Origin: Kondoa subrosea
Lineage: Eukaryota
Reading direction: 5' to 3'
DNA length: 64,000 bases
NCBI GenBank assembly: GCA_039545335.1
Contig: BCIN01000011.1
Coordinates: 62,001 to 126,000 of the forward strand
Shown here piece after piece: positions 1 to 13,527 of the stretch. Numbering within the stretch: position 1 is the stretch's first letter; each line of letters opens with the position of its first letter. Position numbers and translations under genes: made by a program. The notes beneath the pieces were generated by a model that did no database searches, was not told where the DNA came from, and saw only the letters and a program-made list of their open reading frames with translations.

Positions 1-1481
1 ATGTCGACCGAAAATGGAATAGCGCTTAACGGCAAAGGTATCACAGAAGGTGCGTGTCAAGCGGTCCAGCCTCTTCATAGGCTGCGATTCTGATAGCGCG
101 ATGCACAGACGAAGCCGCTTTATATGACAGACAAGTTCGCGTTTTTCTGGCATTGATCCTAGCTGCCCGCTGATCTGGACTGCCAGATCCGTCTATGGGG
201 CGTAGAAGCACAAAATAGGTGAGTCCTTCTACTCACATGCTGAGATCTCTTGCAGAAACGTAATGAAACCACAGAATGCGTGAAGCATCAATACTTATCA
301 TTACCCTGCGTGGATTGGCCTCAGAAGTATGCAAGAACATTGTACTGGCTGGAATTGGTTCTCTTACTTTATTGGATGATCAAGATGTGACAGAAGAAGA
401 TTTGGGGTCGGGTTACTTTTATCGACAAGAGGAAGTTGGGCAGAAGGTGAGAACATTTGGATATTCTGCTACGTGAATGTAGCTCAAACGCCAATATTGT
501 CACAGAGAGCCCAATCTGCTTTACCGAGGATACAAGCGCTGAATCCTCGCGTTTCTGTTTCCGCTTCCAATGACATGTCAATCCTATCGAACGAAGGAGC
601 ACTGCAGAAGTACAGTCTGGTCTGCCTGACAGATTCAAATACAGAAACTATTGTTTGTCATTTATCCCTGCCTTGAACAGAGTTGCCTGATATGCTACGG
701 TCCAGACCAAAGTCAACGGTCTGTGCCGGAAAGCTGAAGTCAAGATGTACGCAGCATCAAGTTTAGGACTAAGTGGATATATCTTTGCCGATCTGCTCAA
801 ACATACTTATACAATGTACGAACGGTTTCATTCTCTAGATTGATCCAATCTTAGCCCGAACCTGTCGTACAGACAACGAACGGATCCGAAGGCCAAGATT
901 GAAAATGGAATGGAACCACCGAAAATCACAGTCAAGAAGCAGCAAACTTTCGTTCTTTTTTCAGAAGCTTTATCCCATTCTTGGTCAAACGCTAAACCTG
1001 CTTTAAGAAAGAAAAATTTACCTCGGATGACTGGCTTGTTCGATACGCTTGGTGTGTTCCATCCTTTTACAACTGAGCATCAAAAGGCTAACAAGTTGTA
1101 TCAAGTACTATTGGCTTACCAAGCTGAAAATGGTGGGAAACTACCGACGGAAGAAACCAATGTGGATCATTTAATGCAAATTGGTCAAAAGCTCTTACCA
1201 AGTAAAGGCATTGATGCTGCCATTCTGGATAAGGGTCGTCTAGAGTCAGTCCAGTTTTTGTTCAGCTGTTATTCAGCTGGAAGAATTCCTGGCATGACAG
1301 AATGCTTTGCGCAACCGCTACAGCCGATTTCAGTCCTTCCTGTGCTGTGGTTGGAGGTGTATTAGCTCAAGATATCCTAAATGCTGTAGGAGGAAGAGAA
1401 GCGCCGTTGGTGAACTTCTTTGTCTTTGATGGTGAACAAAGTAGGTCTCACATCAATTCGCTCAATGTGAGCTATCAGTGA
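1..1481 (+). CDS. AOS1: SUMO E1 activating enzyme subunit 1 (Aos1/SAE1/Rad31), ~8 introns
   Basis: Spliced translation gives DEAALYDRQIRLWGVEAQNR, LRGLASEVCKNIVLAGIGSLTLLD, RIQALNPRV and C-terminal PSCAVVGGVLAQDILN..NFFVFDG. ATG at 1, TGA at 1479-1481. Confidence 0.93.
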
Positions 1482-1732
1482 TATCGATTCTATAGATACG
1501 GGCAGTATATACAATCTGAGCGTAGAAAGAACATGAAATCGCACAGCATCTTGAACAAGACATCGAGCCCTTGACTGAAATAGCCCTCTGGATGTATAGT
1601 AACCTAGCGCTGAGTTGCTATTCAGTCGTTGCCGCATATGATCAAGCTACAACAAAATGCGTCACTAGCTATGAAATGGTCGGCTTGCGCATATGTCTGT
1701 CTACTACTGGGAAGCAATCGCATGAAAGCTCT

Positions 1733-2243
1733 CTACTGATCGCTCTGTGTACTAAGATAGCTAGCATTCAAAGCGTCACTCTTGGCCAGGATCAAGGTCT
1801 TTCCTTTGCCTGCTGTCTCGCTGTGGCTACATTGAGCTGAAGCCTTTGCGCGGGAGTGTTGATAAGCTTACCGAACTCCCATTTTTCCTGTTCCTGTACT
1901 GTATGGTTTGCTTTAATATGCGTGCGCAGTTGGTCCACTCTCGAAGAATTTGATAGGGTTGTTAACCATTTGACAAAACGAGCAGGAACTAGAGCTTTTG
2001 ATCAGCCACTCCTTTCTCTGAGAAGATAAGACTGTAGTCTTACAATGCTTGTACTTTGCAATGAAATTCCAGTACATGCCCAAAGACATTGCCATATCGA
2101 TTGCTCTCTAGCTTGCAATCGGCCAAGGGACATTTGTACATAGTGTTTGGCCTAAAGCCGATTTGCACAGGCTTGAGGTGAGAAGGAAGAGTGTATGTAC
2201 CGTCGGCTAGCTGTATCGCTTCGTTCGTCGCTGAGTCTTGCAT
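1733..2243 (-). pseudogene. Small two-finger C2H2 zinc-finger protein, second finger interrupted by a 1-nt frameshift (pseudogene or assembly indel)
   Basis: Finger 1 is YKCPLADCKLESNRYGNVFGHVLEFH. After a GT-AG intron, CSFC..IKF is in one frame and SRVDQLRTHIKANH is in the next frame. Confidence 0.6.
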
Positions 2244-2955
2244 TGAAGGTGATGTATTCGTAATGAAAGATAGTAAAGAGTAAAGACCAATCATGATAGA
2301 AATATAGAAATAAGTAGCAGAGCGCAAAGTGAGCGCAAAGTGATATCATCTTGGACGCAAAAGAGCAAGTCGACAAATATAGTTTATTTTTGTCTTTGGT
2401 GTATGATAATGAAAGAGCAAAATGGCTACATGCACGCGCAAAATCAGGAAGAGCTCGACAGACAGTAGACTCAAGCGGGCTCTTAGAGGCATTGTCATAC
2501 AGCTCGAAAGTGTTAAGCGTTTGTTATTCGCCAACTGATTCCAGCAAGTAAGCAACATAGCTCAAGATGCGAAGCATGAAGATAGAAGATTGAGAAAGAG
2601 AGGTCGCGCGGCCGGAGCTCGTATGGCATAAGGACGATACCTAACATGCACTGGCTTGGATTCCTCTGCTATGTATAGCAGGAAATCATAGAATCTAGTC
2701 CTGTCTCTTTGGTGAACTGTCTTCCGTCGGCTATCATAAAAGACATCTTCCGTGCTCGACCTGCGTTCTTGATGAAACGAAACAAAAATGATTTCGCGCA
2801 GGACTGCTCTGTCGATGCCAGTTCATTCTTTACGATACCTCAAAGCAGATAGTCGAGATACATGGATATAGCGAGCGACTCGGTGGTACCTGAGAAAGAT
2901 CTGTTTTCCGCAAACGAGCAGTCCAGCGTCCTCTAAACCGGGTCTTCGGGAGTCG

Positions 2956-4457
2956 ATGCTCGCCTGGTTCCGCGCGCCGACTATAGACTGCCATTTCTGC
3001 GGGCATTCCACAGACTTGAGGAAAGGCAAACAAACAACAAGAAGTTTTCGATGCTCGGCGTGCAGTACGTTGAATTTCCTGCGTAAAGATGGGAGTTTGG
3101 ACGAAGCACAGTAAGCTGTTCCTATTGTGACAGCGATTCCAGCTCACGTCGAGCCGAAGTCAACAAATCTACTCAAACCCAAACTTGCCTGCCAATATAG
3201 CTTCCATTTCTCGCAGAGCTGCTTCAAGACCAACACAGTCGGCTGCTTTCACTTTCTGTCGAGATTGTCAGCGGAATCAAGAGCTTCAAACGCATCTCTT
3301 GGCCAGCTATTATGGAGACGATGATCTGCCTTCGGACGAAGAAGAGCGCTTGACTGCTCAATTACCAAGTTACCGAACAGCTTTGGACGATCGATACCCT
3401 ATATGCTGCTCAGACTGTGGTCCTGCTGCTGCGAAGCTACTGCAGAAGAGGGATAACCAAAGTCGAGCTGTTGCGCTGAACAACAAGATCGTGCAAGCTA
3501 CTTCTCCCAAAAAGGGAGGACGAGTGGAGCGAGATCCAAGAGCACGGTTTAGATGGAAGAGAGACGGCATTCTATGGAGAATCAAAGGAATACTTTGGAT
3601 GACATGTCAACTAGCATCGCTTCAAATCTTTGTTCTGGGTTCGTCGGATAAGCAGAGAATGACAAAGATACTCAAGGCTGTTCGATGTAGGTGCTTCTTT
3701 TCCCGATCGACTTCGCAATATCTTGCACCAATATACCTTCGTCTATACATCACTTATATTATTCGGAACCTTCTTCATATCATTCTGGAATCCGCTGTGG
3801 GATCAATTACGCGGGCACCGAGCTCGTAGCTCTGCGTCAAGTCAAATCAAGCTCAAAGGGTTCCAATTCTGGAACATTTCGCTCTTCATTGCTTTTCTTC
3901 TACGCTGTTTCTTTCTCACCTCTTTACGGCTCACTTTCTTTGATTCTCGTATCAAGATACTGTCCCTTTTCTGCCTTTTAGCAACTCTTTTAGTGAGTCA
4001 CTGTCTTCCTCGAAAAACAGTACTTTGCTGACATCCAATACAGATCCTGCCTATCGCTTTCATCAATCTTCAAATCCAACATCCCGCTCCAGTCCGCTTA
4101 CTTCGACCGGCTCAATTCCCCTCACGACCTCCCACTCCAACTAAACCGAATCTACCTTCTTCTTCTAACTTAGATCAATTTGTTCATCCTCTGTTTGGTC
4201 AAATCACACCTTTGAACAATATACCTCATCAAGAATCTGCTACAAGGGATCCGAACAGTATGGATTTGGATGACTATGTTTTCGATATCCCAAAAGTGAA
4301 TAAGGAGTCTACTGGATTGGAGAATCTGTTATCGAGTGTACTGGGTTTGAAAGATGGTCCGGTTTTCGATGAGAGTGCGGTAAAAGTCGAGGAGAAAGAA
4401 GGGTTCTGGGCGAGATTGAAGAGGAAGACAAGTAAAGCAGACATGAAGAACCGGTGA
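2956..4457 (+). CDS. IMA1: Inner nuclear membrane protein Ima1 (Samp1/TMEM201 family)
   Basis: CHFC..FRCSAC..N, FCRDCQRNQELQTHLLASY, LDDRYPICCSDC Cys pairs, followed by hydrophobic TM segments. Confidence 0.85.
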
Positions 4458-4519
4458 GACAGTGTTATGCATGGTGTACAAACAGCTACAAGTGAATAGA
4501 ACGTACAAGCCAGTCATTA

Positions 4520-5729
4520 CTACTCGAAGCGGAATGGACTGTGCTCCACTTCTGCTGTACACAGTGCTTTCAGATCTAGCTTCCTCTTCTTTGACTGCTC
4601 TGCTTCCGCTTTGTTGAGACCTTCTATGAAGATTTCAGATGCAGATCTTTTGTGAGAAGATCTTGCAATAGATTGAGATTGTTGAGGTGAAGCAGGTGCA
4701 GAAGACGAGCGAGCAGACAGGCGAAGAATGGAATCTTGACTCTTGCTTTCCGATTCTGGAACAGATGAGGCCTTCGTCGGATCAGCATGTCTTTGCTGTT
4801 GCGAAGGCAGGGAGGCCTTTGCCTTGAAGATAGAGTATTCGCTCGCTGGCGCATCTTGTGGATCTTCAATCAATTTGTGTTCCGCTTGGCAAGGCTTGTC
4901 ACTTGTGCTCGATGTAGGTAGATTGACATTACTGCTAGCTAATGATTGAGATGCGGAAGCTTTGGCAGCTTGAGCACCACCATAGAAGAATCGAGCAAAT
5001 GGGTTGAGCTTCCGCATAGACCGAATGTCAGATGTTATCTTCATCGACTCTGGTAGATGACCTGGTCCTGGGCGGTAGAACTCAGCCTGTATCAAGCAAG
5101 CATGAGCCACGCAATTACCTTTTTCTGCATTCAACTCGTCGAGCTTGCCAAGCTCGATGTCCCAGCAACTTGTAAGACTTCCATCCGATAGCATGACATT
5201 ATATCGCCAGAAGGCAAGGACCTGTATGAACTATCAGCCCCAGTAAGTATTGCGTGCAGATAAATAGCCACCTTGCCATATAGTACACCTTCGCGCTTTC
5301 CACACTGTATCCCTTTGATCTTACATGGCATTGCACGCTTCGATAATCCAGCTTTCCATGAACCATCCATGTTCACTTCTCGCGTGTAGACTTGCTCGTC
5401 CATCTGCAATACTATCATTTAGCTATCTGACATGCTTCTGGACCTATTTCACTTACCACATACGCTGGCCGGGAGCGAAAGAAGCGCCAAACGAAAGCCC
5501 GGAGTAAATCTTCGCTCAGCGAGCCTTGTTTCGCCCGAGCAGCAATACGCAAGCGATCTTCAGCTGTGATACCACTAACAGGCACTTTCCTATCGACTTT
5601 AGGTAAACTCCGAGGAATGGAAGCCTGGTCCTGTTGTTGACTGAGAGCACGATTGGCTGGAGGTCGCACCGAAGCTGTATTGATGAGAGACTGAGCGAGC
5701 TGCCGACGTGTTGCATCTGAACTTGACAT
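4520..5729 (-). CDS. Hypothetical protein, 2 introns, Ser-rich C-terminus with basic KKRK motif
   Basis: Three ORF pieces join in frame through canonical GT-AG introns (GTAAGT..TGCAG, GTGGCT..TACAG). No family recognised. Confidence 0.6.
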
Positions 5730-5900
5730 ATGTATGACTGGCTTGGGTATTCAGCAAGCCAGAAGAGGATGATTGAGAGCGAGAAGCCGAGTATTGGAAG
5801 TTGTACTAATCCGAGGAAGCATTCTTCCGGGGTAAATTAGATGATAACAACTGACGGAACAAAGGACGGGTAATCTGCTCTTGCTAAATACTTGTATTGG

Positions 5901-7829
5901 TCAGAAGTCTTCTTCTGAAATCCCCTTCGTGGGAACTCGGCCAAGCTTTCCGGCGTAACTTTGAGCTGCTGCCTTACCGTCTTGCATATTGATGCCATAT
6001 AGAAGCAGTGGCAGAGGCACTGCTAGCATGATAAGAATGAAAAAGAAGCCGCATCGTATAGATCCCAACGCATCTTCGAAGGTGTCCAATCAGCACACTC
6101 AGCGTTACACCATCTGCTGGGACTCACTGGATATAAGACCAACTACCAGAGGTCCTATGAAAGACGAGCTCTTGTCTGTGATAGCGTATAAGCTGAAGAA
6201 TCGAGCCTCAGCACCAGCAGGAATTATTTCGGCAAAGGTTGCCCGAGCAAAACTCTGGAAAATACCATAGCAGGCACCAAAGTAGCTAGCCAAGCAGTAC
6301 ATCTCCGTCGAGGTCGTCAGAGAACCCAAGACCATAGAGCTATTACGAATTGCCGGAATGGTTCCCAGACAGGCGTATATCGGTAACAGTAGTGAAAAAG
6401 CAAGAGATAGGTTGAGCATTTGAATATTGGACAGACGATATTTAGTAGCGAGTTTGGGTGAAAACAGAGCGCCAGCAAGTGCAGTGCAAGGCACAATGAT
6501 GCCTGTAGTAATAAAATCAGACGATGAACAGTTGACTTGGATCATGTTGTAGCTCGCCTATGAAGATACAAGAGCTGGGAGACATCCCTATTTCATTCTT
6601 TGCGAATACAACAGACACGGTGGTGATTGTTGCGAAACCATCGCTGAGGAAGAACCAGGCCAAAAGAAAGCGAAAGGTATAGATCAGATCAGCAGCTTCT
6701 CTGACCAGTTGATATAGACTAGCGACTCCCATCCATATACTTGTGCGGGGCTTGCTTCTGATCGAAGCATCTTCTAGAAGGTAGATACATGGCAGAGTGA
6801 AGATCAACCAATCTGCGACTAGTCAGCATGGAGAAAGATAATCGCGATAGATTGACTTACAGAATCCAGTAGCACATATGGCAATTCTCAACGACAATGT
6901 AGAGCCCTCCATCAAAGTGACTGGAACGAAACAAAGTCCAAGAGCCAGAATACCAGAGGCGCAGCCAAGTACAATCCCGATTGCAGATATCCGGGCGGTC
7001 TCGGCAGATAGAGCCTCTTCGTAATATTGCTGGGTATCTTCCACTTCACCGGCAGATTTCCTGAATTGTCCTTGAACTCGACTTTTGGCCAGGCTAGGAA
7101 TGTAGGAATTGAGGCAAACAACGGAAAGGCCAAAGCAAACGTTTCCGATGATCGCAAACAGAGCAGATACCGGCCAAAAGACAGATTTTGAGCTAAGCGG
7201 TCCAAACATGATTGTTGACGAAGCACCAACGAAAGCAGAGACCAGAAGCATTTTCTTCCTTATCGCAGCTGTTTACGTTGCGACTACATAAGCTAGAAAA
7301 CAATAGCTCGATAGAAGCACGGACGATCATCAGCCAGACTCCCGAGCAGGACGACAACTATCGCTTGCACAAGAACGCTTGCGGAATAAGAGAAGAGAGA
7401 GAAGGAAGCAGAGTCTATCTCTATCCCCATAAGGCGGACGAGACATTGCTCGCCTTCGATGTCGGAACATGCTTGAGTGAGATTGCCAAGATGACCATTT
7501 TCTCTAGCAAACTGCTCGAGCGTAATGGCTGCATACGTTTCATGAGTACTATTGTAGAGCAAAAGCGGAAGCCCGAACGTAGAAAAATTGGCAGAACCTT
7601 GACAAAATCATCAGTATCCATCGAAGTGTGCTCTACGCGTACTTACAGCGGTTGAGAACACTTCCGACGCCCAGGAATACAGGAAGAAGCCTCTTCGAGT
7701 ATTCTGGGAGGCCAGAGATCCTTGTTTGCTGTGATCTCGCACTGATAGACTTGTTTCGGGATCAAGCAGGTTCGCGTTCTCGTCTTCTGTCGCTTCGTGT
7801 ATGCCTGTCAACTCAATAACATCTCTCAT
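5901..7829 (-). CDS. ATG22: Autophagy protein Atg22 (vacuolar amino-acid effluxer, MFS)
   Basis: LYSWASEVF, ITLEQFARENG, IDSASFSLFSYSASVLVQA, FLLAWFFLSDGFATI, IIPAGAEARFFSLYAITDKSSSFIGP motifs. Confidence 0.92.
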
Positions 7830-7971
7830 GGCTGCTCGAGTCTAAGTCTCATGCGGAAAGAATCTTTCTTTCTTCGATGATTAGTATATGATTAGTAATG
7901 AGAAACTACTTGCAATCTAATGTGTACACCTTGAGCGAAACTGTCCAACCCACATAAATACATGCAAATGC

Positions 7972-9142
7972 CTAAAACTCTTGTCCTTGACTCCAATGTT
8001 GTTGATTATGCTCGTCGCCCAAAAAGCTATTTCTTCGGATCGCATCTTCCCTGCTTATCTGATCCCTTTCACTCTGCCGCCTGCCAATTTCTCTTGGATC
8101 AAAATTACTCCACTCATCTTCCCTCATCTGCACCGGTTCTGGTCTAGTTGTAGAAGTACTTGCTATCGGCGGCCACTGTGGTATTGGGTAACCAGGATTC
8201 GGCGCATAAACAGGATTCGGGTCATAATACCTACTTCTCGGTTGATGAAACAGATGGCTGCCAATCATTGATGGAGCAGGAGATTGAAGTAGAGCGAAAT
8301 TGGCCAAAGAAGTAGGTATTGTGCTTGTATTTCGAGAAATGGGTGGAAATGAAGTCATTTGTGGACCGAGAGCTGTTCGTAAAGAAGGTAGAGATTCGCT
8401 TGATGATACTGGAGATGTTACAGACCTAGAAGAGGAAGCTGTAGGTGAGGTAGCTAGATTTGATTGACTGCCTTCCGCTAATTGAACTTGAGGTCTTGGA
8501 TTACCATTCTTTTCCTCCAAGTAGGCCTCATACAATGGCGCAAGTAGACCTTGTTCTAAGCTTGCTCTCAGGTCTTGCGGCGGCATGCCAGAATCGCGCC
8601 TCAGAGCCGTATTCTCAGCATAAAGTCTGCACCACGTGTGTTATTCAGCTTGGTAAGCATTTAATAGAAAAGTATGACCCACTTATCTATCAATTCAAAA
8701 GCATGAGAATAGCTGGCCTCCATAAGATTTGACTGCGTCTCCAATTCTTTGACTTGCTGATCTTTCTTATCTATAAACTTGTAGTAAGCTTCTGTCTACT
8801 GAATCGAATAAAGCTGATTTGCTCACTTCTGAAAGTCCTCTGCGATTAGGTATAAGCTTGAGACAAGGAAAGAGCTGAACTGCTGACTTGTGCGACTCTA
8901 TTCTGCTCCTTTCGTCTCTGTGGACCGCCAGGTATTGGTTTTCTCCCTCGCTTTTTGCCTACTCTCGGTGCGCCAGTACCCGGTACTTCGCTCCCTTCTA
9001 AGATATCTGATTCTACAGAAGGTCCAGCACTTGCATTGTCTTGAGATTGTTCATTCTGAGCTGATAATTCGGCAAGTAAGGTAGCCGCATCTAGTGTTGG
9101 AGCCAGCAAATAGTCTTCCTCTTGATCAGAAGCGGTATTCAT
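7972..9142 (-). CDS. bZIP transcription factor, Yap/AP-1-like (paralog 1)
   Basis: KKRGRKP..RRKEQNRVAQ|RTFR|NKKDQQVKELE basic region assembled across introns, then a Pro/Ser-rich tail. Confidence 0.82.
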
Positions 9143-9534
9143 CGAAATACACAACGCCTTGAGAAGATAGAGAGGAGATGCAAGTAATGGCAATCCGAAA
9201 AGGCGTTTCTGCAAATTCGATGGTAGCCAGTTGCAGACGTCGCTGGCTTCTAGGCACAAGCAAGGCCACCTTGCTGTGTGCAATTGAGCAATGAAAGCGA
9301 ATGATTGTACAAGAAAGAGCTGGTTGAGAGGAAAAACATCCCTCAGCTCAGCTGAATTGAATTTCAGCTGATCTAAGCAAGAAAAGCTGGTCGGAACGAA
9401 GAGAATTTCGATGCCCAAGGTAGAAGGCTTCCCTCGTGCTCTATCAAACAAGGAATGCAATGCTGGTTAAATTTAACATCTAAAAGATTGGGAATCAAAA
9501 GAAACTTCAATACCGAAACTCCATACTAAACTCT

Positions 9535-10070
9535 TCATCCTTTCTCTTGTACAATCGCATCTTCTTGTTGCGTTGAGGTTGTATCATCGACTTCCATTGA
9601 TCTGGATACATTCGGTGGAATCTCTTCGCTGTACTTGTCATAGACTTGATTCAAACAAGTTGTCGAGATCGTCCGCATCAGATCGTACGGCTCTTGACCT
9701 AATTCTGCTCGCATGGAGTTATTATCTTCGTTAATCCTTTGGCGTCACATTAGTCTGCGCTGCCCGACTTATTTCGACACGAAACTTACCTCTTCATCAA
9801 ACCAAACGATTCCCTATAGGTCTCTGGCAAAGCAGCTACACTCTCTTCCAACGTTTTCAAATTGGTTTCCTTTTTCTCACGATGACTTTTCTGCGCTTGT
9901 CTATGCAATTCTTTCCTTCGATCATCTGCTCCCTCTCTTCTTTTAGGTCCTCTTCTCTTTCCAGCCGCTAAAGCACTCCCACTTGCACCACTACCACTTG
10001 TTGTATCCGTTGTAGTAGCTGAATCTCCAGAAATCAAAGACGGAGCCAACCCAACAATCAAGTCTGGCAT
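9535..10070 (-). CDS. bZIP-like protein, divergent basic region (paralog 2); 5' end uncertain
   Basis: KRRGPKR..RRKELHRQAQKSHREKKETNLKTLE. One intron, then INEDNNSMRAELGQEPYDL...EKG stop. Confidence 0.7.
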
Positions 10071-10778
10071 AAGAACAGGAGCGGTCGGAGAATCAGCTGA
10101 TGTAACTATTCATAGATGATGAAAGAATGGACATCGATGAGCAACATGACTATATAAGCATGAATAAGAAGACGAAGCATACCTTGTCCTTCATTTGAAT
10201 GATTGCTGCCGACAGATGAACGATCATCTACGTCACCTCCGCTAGCTGAACGGTAGAAGAAAAAGTTGTGGGCATACATTCACAAGTAGGAAGAAGAAGA
10301 AGAATCAACTAACTAGTGGGTGTACTACGCCTTCGATCAAAGGGAGGGATCTCGAGGCGAGAGGTGGAAGCGAATGGGGTTTCTGACATGATTCAACTGC
10401 CAGGGTGAAGATTCAAGCTGGCTTGTATTATGGGAGTACACCGCGAGGCCGTTACTTGCTGACAGTAAGCAAAGATTGCTGAGCGAATTGTTGATTGGTA
10501 AGGCGAAATTTTAAGTGAGGTGTTCGGACCGATGAGCAGGTGGGTCGAAGGAAGCGAGCGGCAGAAGGACACAAATTACTGCTTCATACTTCGTTCCATC
10601 CCAGTACAGAGCACTGATCCAGGATCCCAAGCCAGAGGAGAAAATCCGTCGTGTTCGGAAGACGAGCGATTGCAAGATTTTGCTAAGACATTGTTCAACA
10701 CGGGCCACCAACTCTAAAATATATCCAGCCCTATTTGGCGTATACCGAGCTCCTGAGTCTGCTCTGGGATAACCCAGG

Positions 10779-13344
10779 ATGTTCTTTTCGGACGCTATCT
10801 TGAGCAAGGTGAGTAGAGCCATAGAATATACAAGCCATCGCGTCAAAGATTTATTGTTGATGTCTCGCTATTCAGCGTGGTCCATTGGCTAAAGTATGGC
10901 TGGCCAGTCATCTGGAACGCAAGCTCACCAAAGCAGCGTTACTGCAAGCATCAATCCCTAAATCAGTAGAAGCGATCATGGGCCAAGAACTCGTTCCAAT
11001 GGCTTTGCGTTTGTCAGGCCAGCTCTTGCTCGGTGTAGCTCGAATATACTCAAGAAAAGCTAAATACTTGATGGACGATTGCACGGAAACTCTGTCCAAA
11101 GTGAAAATGGCTTTCAGGCCTGGTGCCGTTGATATGACTGAAGAACAAGCGACTGTAGCAAAGAGTGCTATTACTCGGCCTGATACTGGCAATGAGTTTG
11201 ATATGCTATACAACGATATGAATTATAACTATATGTAGGTGCCTATTGTTCAAATTCGCGATAAGCGATATTGAGATCAGAGTCTGCTACAGGGATCTGG
11301 ACGAATTGCTTGCCACACCTATGAAGACTACATCCAAGAAATCTATCACTGCAGCTAATGCTGATATCACTCTTCCTGACCACGATGACTACGACATGAA
11401 TATCAGCCGCAATGATTACAATGACTTTGATCTCGATCTGGATCTAGGCGGAGCAGGTATCGACAGTCAACAATTCGGTGGATCTTCTTTCCAACTCGAT
11501 CTAGACTTGGGCGACGATTTACCTTCACCTCGATCCAGGAGATCCAGAAGAGCTCAATCCGCTGTTTCTGGTTTAGGTGATGATCCAAGTGTTGAAATAG
11601 GGCGTGATGCTGCTGCTTCTTCAGCAAGAAAATCAGCTGGCGGTCGACTTTCTTCCCTTGATCCTTTTGCAATGGAAGAAGATGGTGAAGCTAATGACAA
11701 TGCGGACAAGACTTTGGATCAACCTAATGCGACCAATATGGATATAGATGATTTCCAAGCTGAACCGGATGGCGCGGTCATGAATGATTTAACGTTTGAT
11801 GATTTTGGTGGTGGAGCAGGTGGATTTGATTTGGGCTTGGATTTGGACGCTCCTCTGCCAAGATCGAATGCTCGCGATAGTGAGTCTCCGATCTAAGTGC
11901 CCAACTCATCTCATATCGCTTGCAGCACCTCGAGCCGAAACTCCTGCTGCAAATGAAGAGAATCAGCTGGAAACTGAGATCACCTCTCGTACAGCAAAGA
12001 GAGTCGCTGATGCTGTTGACGCGGCGGAGGATCAAGAGAATATCGATACTACAGGCGGAACCAAAAAGAAACGAGCTACCAAGAAGAGCAAGCAGATTGT
12101 AGATGCAGTAACTGAACTTGAAGCTCAAACGAATGCCAAATCGCGCAAGAACGCTGCTGCACAATACAGTCAAGGTACTCTCGTCACTCGGTCTGGTCAA
12201 GAAGGTTACGACGAAAGAATGAGAAGAGGGCTAATTGATCCACCTCGCTATTTACCTGCTTCTCGTTTACATCTTCGACTCATGGAAATTCAAGCTGATC
12301 CAGTTGCATACTTCTTACCCCGACCTGTTAAAGGCAACAAGGATCTATTGGATGCCGCTCCGCCTGGTCTATCTCCCGATCTAGCTGCATTGTTCCAATT
12401 TCAATCACCTGCTGCATTGAGAAGAAAGAGAGCAGAAGAAGCTGCAGCAGCAGCCGAACAACAGGACGAGGAAGACGGTCATACTTCCAAGAAGATGAGA
12501 GGGGATGAAGATTTATCAGTTGAAGTAGGTCGACGCGATGGCAGCGTTGCTGCTTCTGCTCGAGCTGGAAGTGCTGCTCTACAAGGATTGGATAATTTCG
12601 ATTTCAGCAACGTTGGTGGTGATTTCAATGATATGACAACTGGATTCGATGCCGGAGTAGATGGTTTCCAATTCGAGTTGGAAAAGGAAGTACCGCTCAA
12701 TGATGATCAAGCCAATATGAGAAAGAAACGTGGTAGTTCAAGGGCTAGTTCAAGGGCTACTTCGGTTGCTCCCTCCCTGTTTGGCGATGAAGATAATATG
12801 GCGAGAGGTGGTGGATTGTTGGCTGCATTTGATGACGTCAACGCTCCCTCTGGAACCAAGACTCCTTCTGTTCCACAAACACCTAGTCAAAGATCAAGAG
12901 TCGCAGCGGAAGATGAGCAAGAACAAGAAACCAACGCGTCTACTCTTGCGAAACCAAAGGGCAACTGGAGCAAGAGCACCATTACTGCTATGCGTGTTTT
13001 GAATAATGAATTGGCGCCTGACCCAGTCATCGAAGGTGAAGAAGTGCAGGAGAAGGCTTTGAGTTTTGAAAAAGCTTCTGAAAAGGTATGTCTCAGTGAT
13101 TGTCTCGCTTAACATTACTGATGCTTGTATTCAGGCATCACGTCGTGCTGCTGCTGGTTTCTTCTTTGAATTGCTCGTTCTCGGTACTCGCGATTGCATC
13201 AAGGTCGAGCAAAAAGACCCATATTCCGATATCTCCGTCGCGGCGAAACCAAGGTTCTGGGACGTGGCAGAATCAGCGCTGGCCGTCCCTTCTTCCCAAT
13301 CTCAGTCTCAGCACGTTACTCCTGCGAAGTCAGTCACTGCCTGA
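10779..13344 (+). CDS. RAD21: Cohesin kleisin subunit Rad21/Scc1
   Basis: MFFSDAILSK|RGPLAKVWLASHLERKL, MALRLSGQLLLGVARIYSRKAKYL; C-terminal SRRAAAGFFFELLVL..VEQKDPYSDI winged helix. Confidence 0.96.
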
Positions 13345-13527
13345 TCGAACACTACACTTGGTCAGTGGAATGGGACAATGTTATAGCATGGATGGTTTTT
13401 GGTTTGTATTGTATAGCAAAAAGATGTAATAGTAGCTTGAAGCTTGGTTGCGGATGTCTGGCAATGAATAGAAAAAATGCTTGATATCATACAAAATCGG
13501 TTGTTCCAGCGCCTTCTCTCTGTAACT

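Noticed and set aside
2346..2950. Short ORFs on both strands upstream of IMA1
   Set aside because: No motif or consistent exon chain; probably divergent promoter/UTR.
8846..9460. 204-aa ORF suggesting a long N-terminal extension or fusion of the two bZIPs
   Set aside because: It starts at a non-ATG codon with non-protein-like composition, and paralog 2 has its own stop at 9535.
10511..10846. ORFs upstream of RAD21
   Set aside because: No recognisable domain or supported start; likely promoter region.
11403..13115. Numerous antisense ORFs over long exons (RAD21, also RhoGEF, VPS41, SKT5)
   Set aside because: These are shadow ORFs of well-supported genes on the opposite strand.
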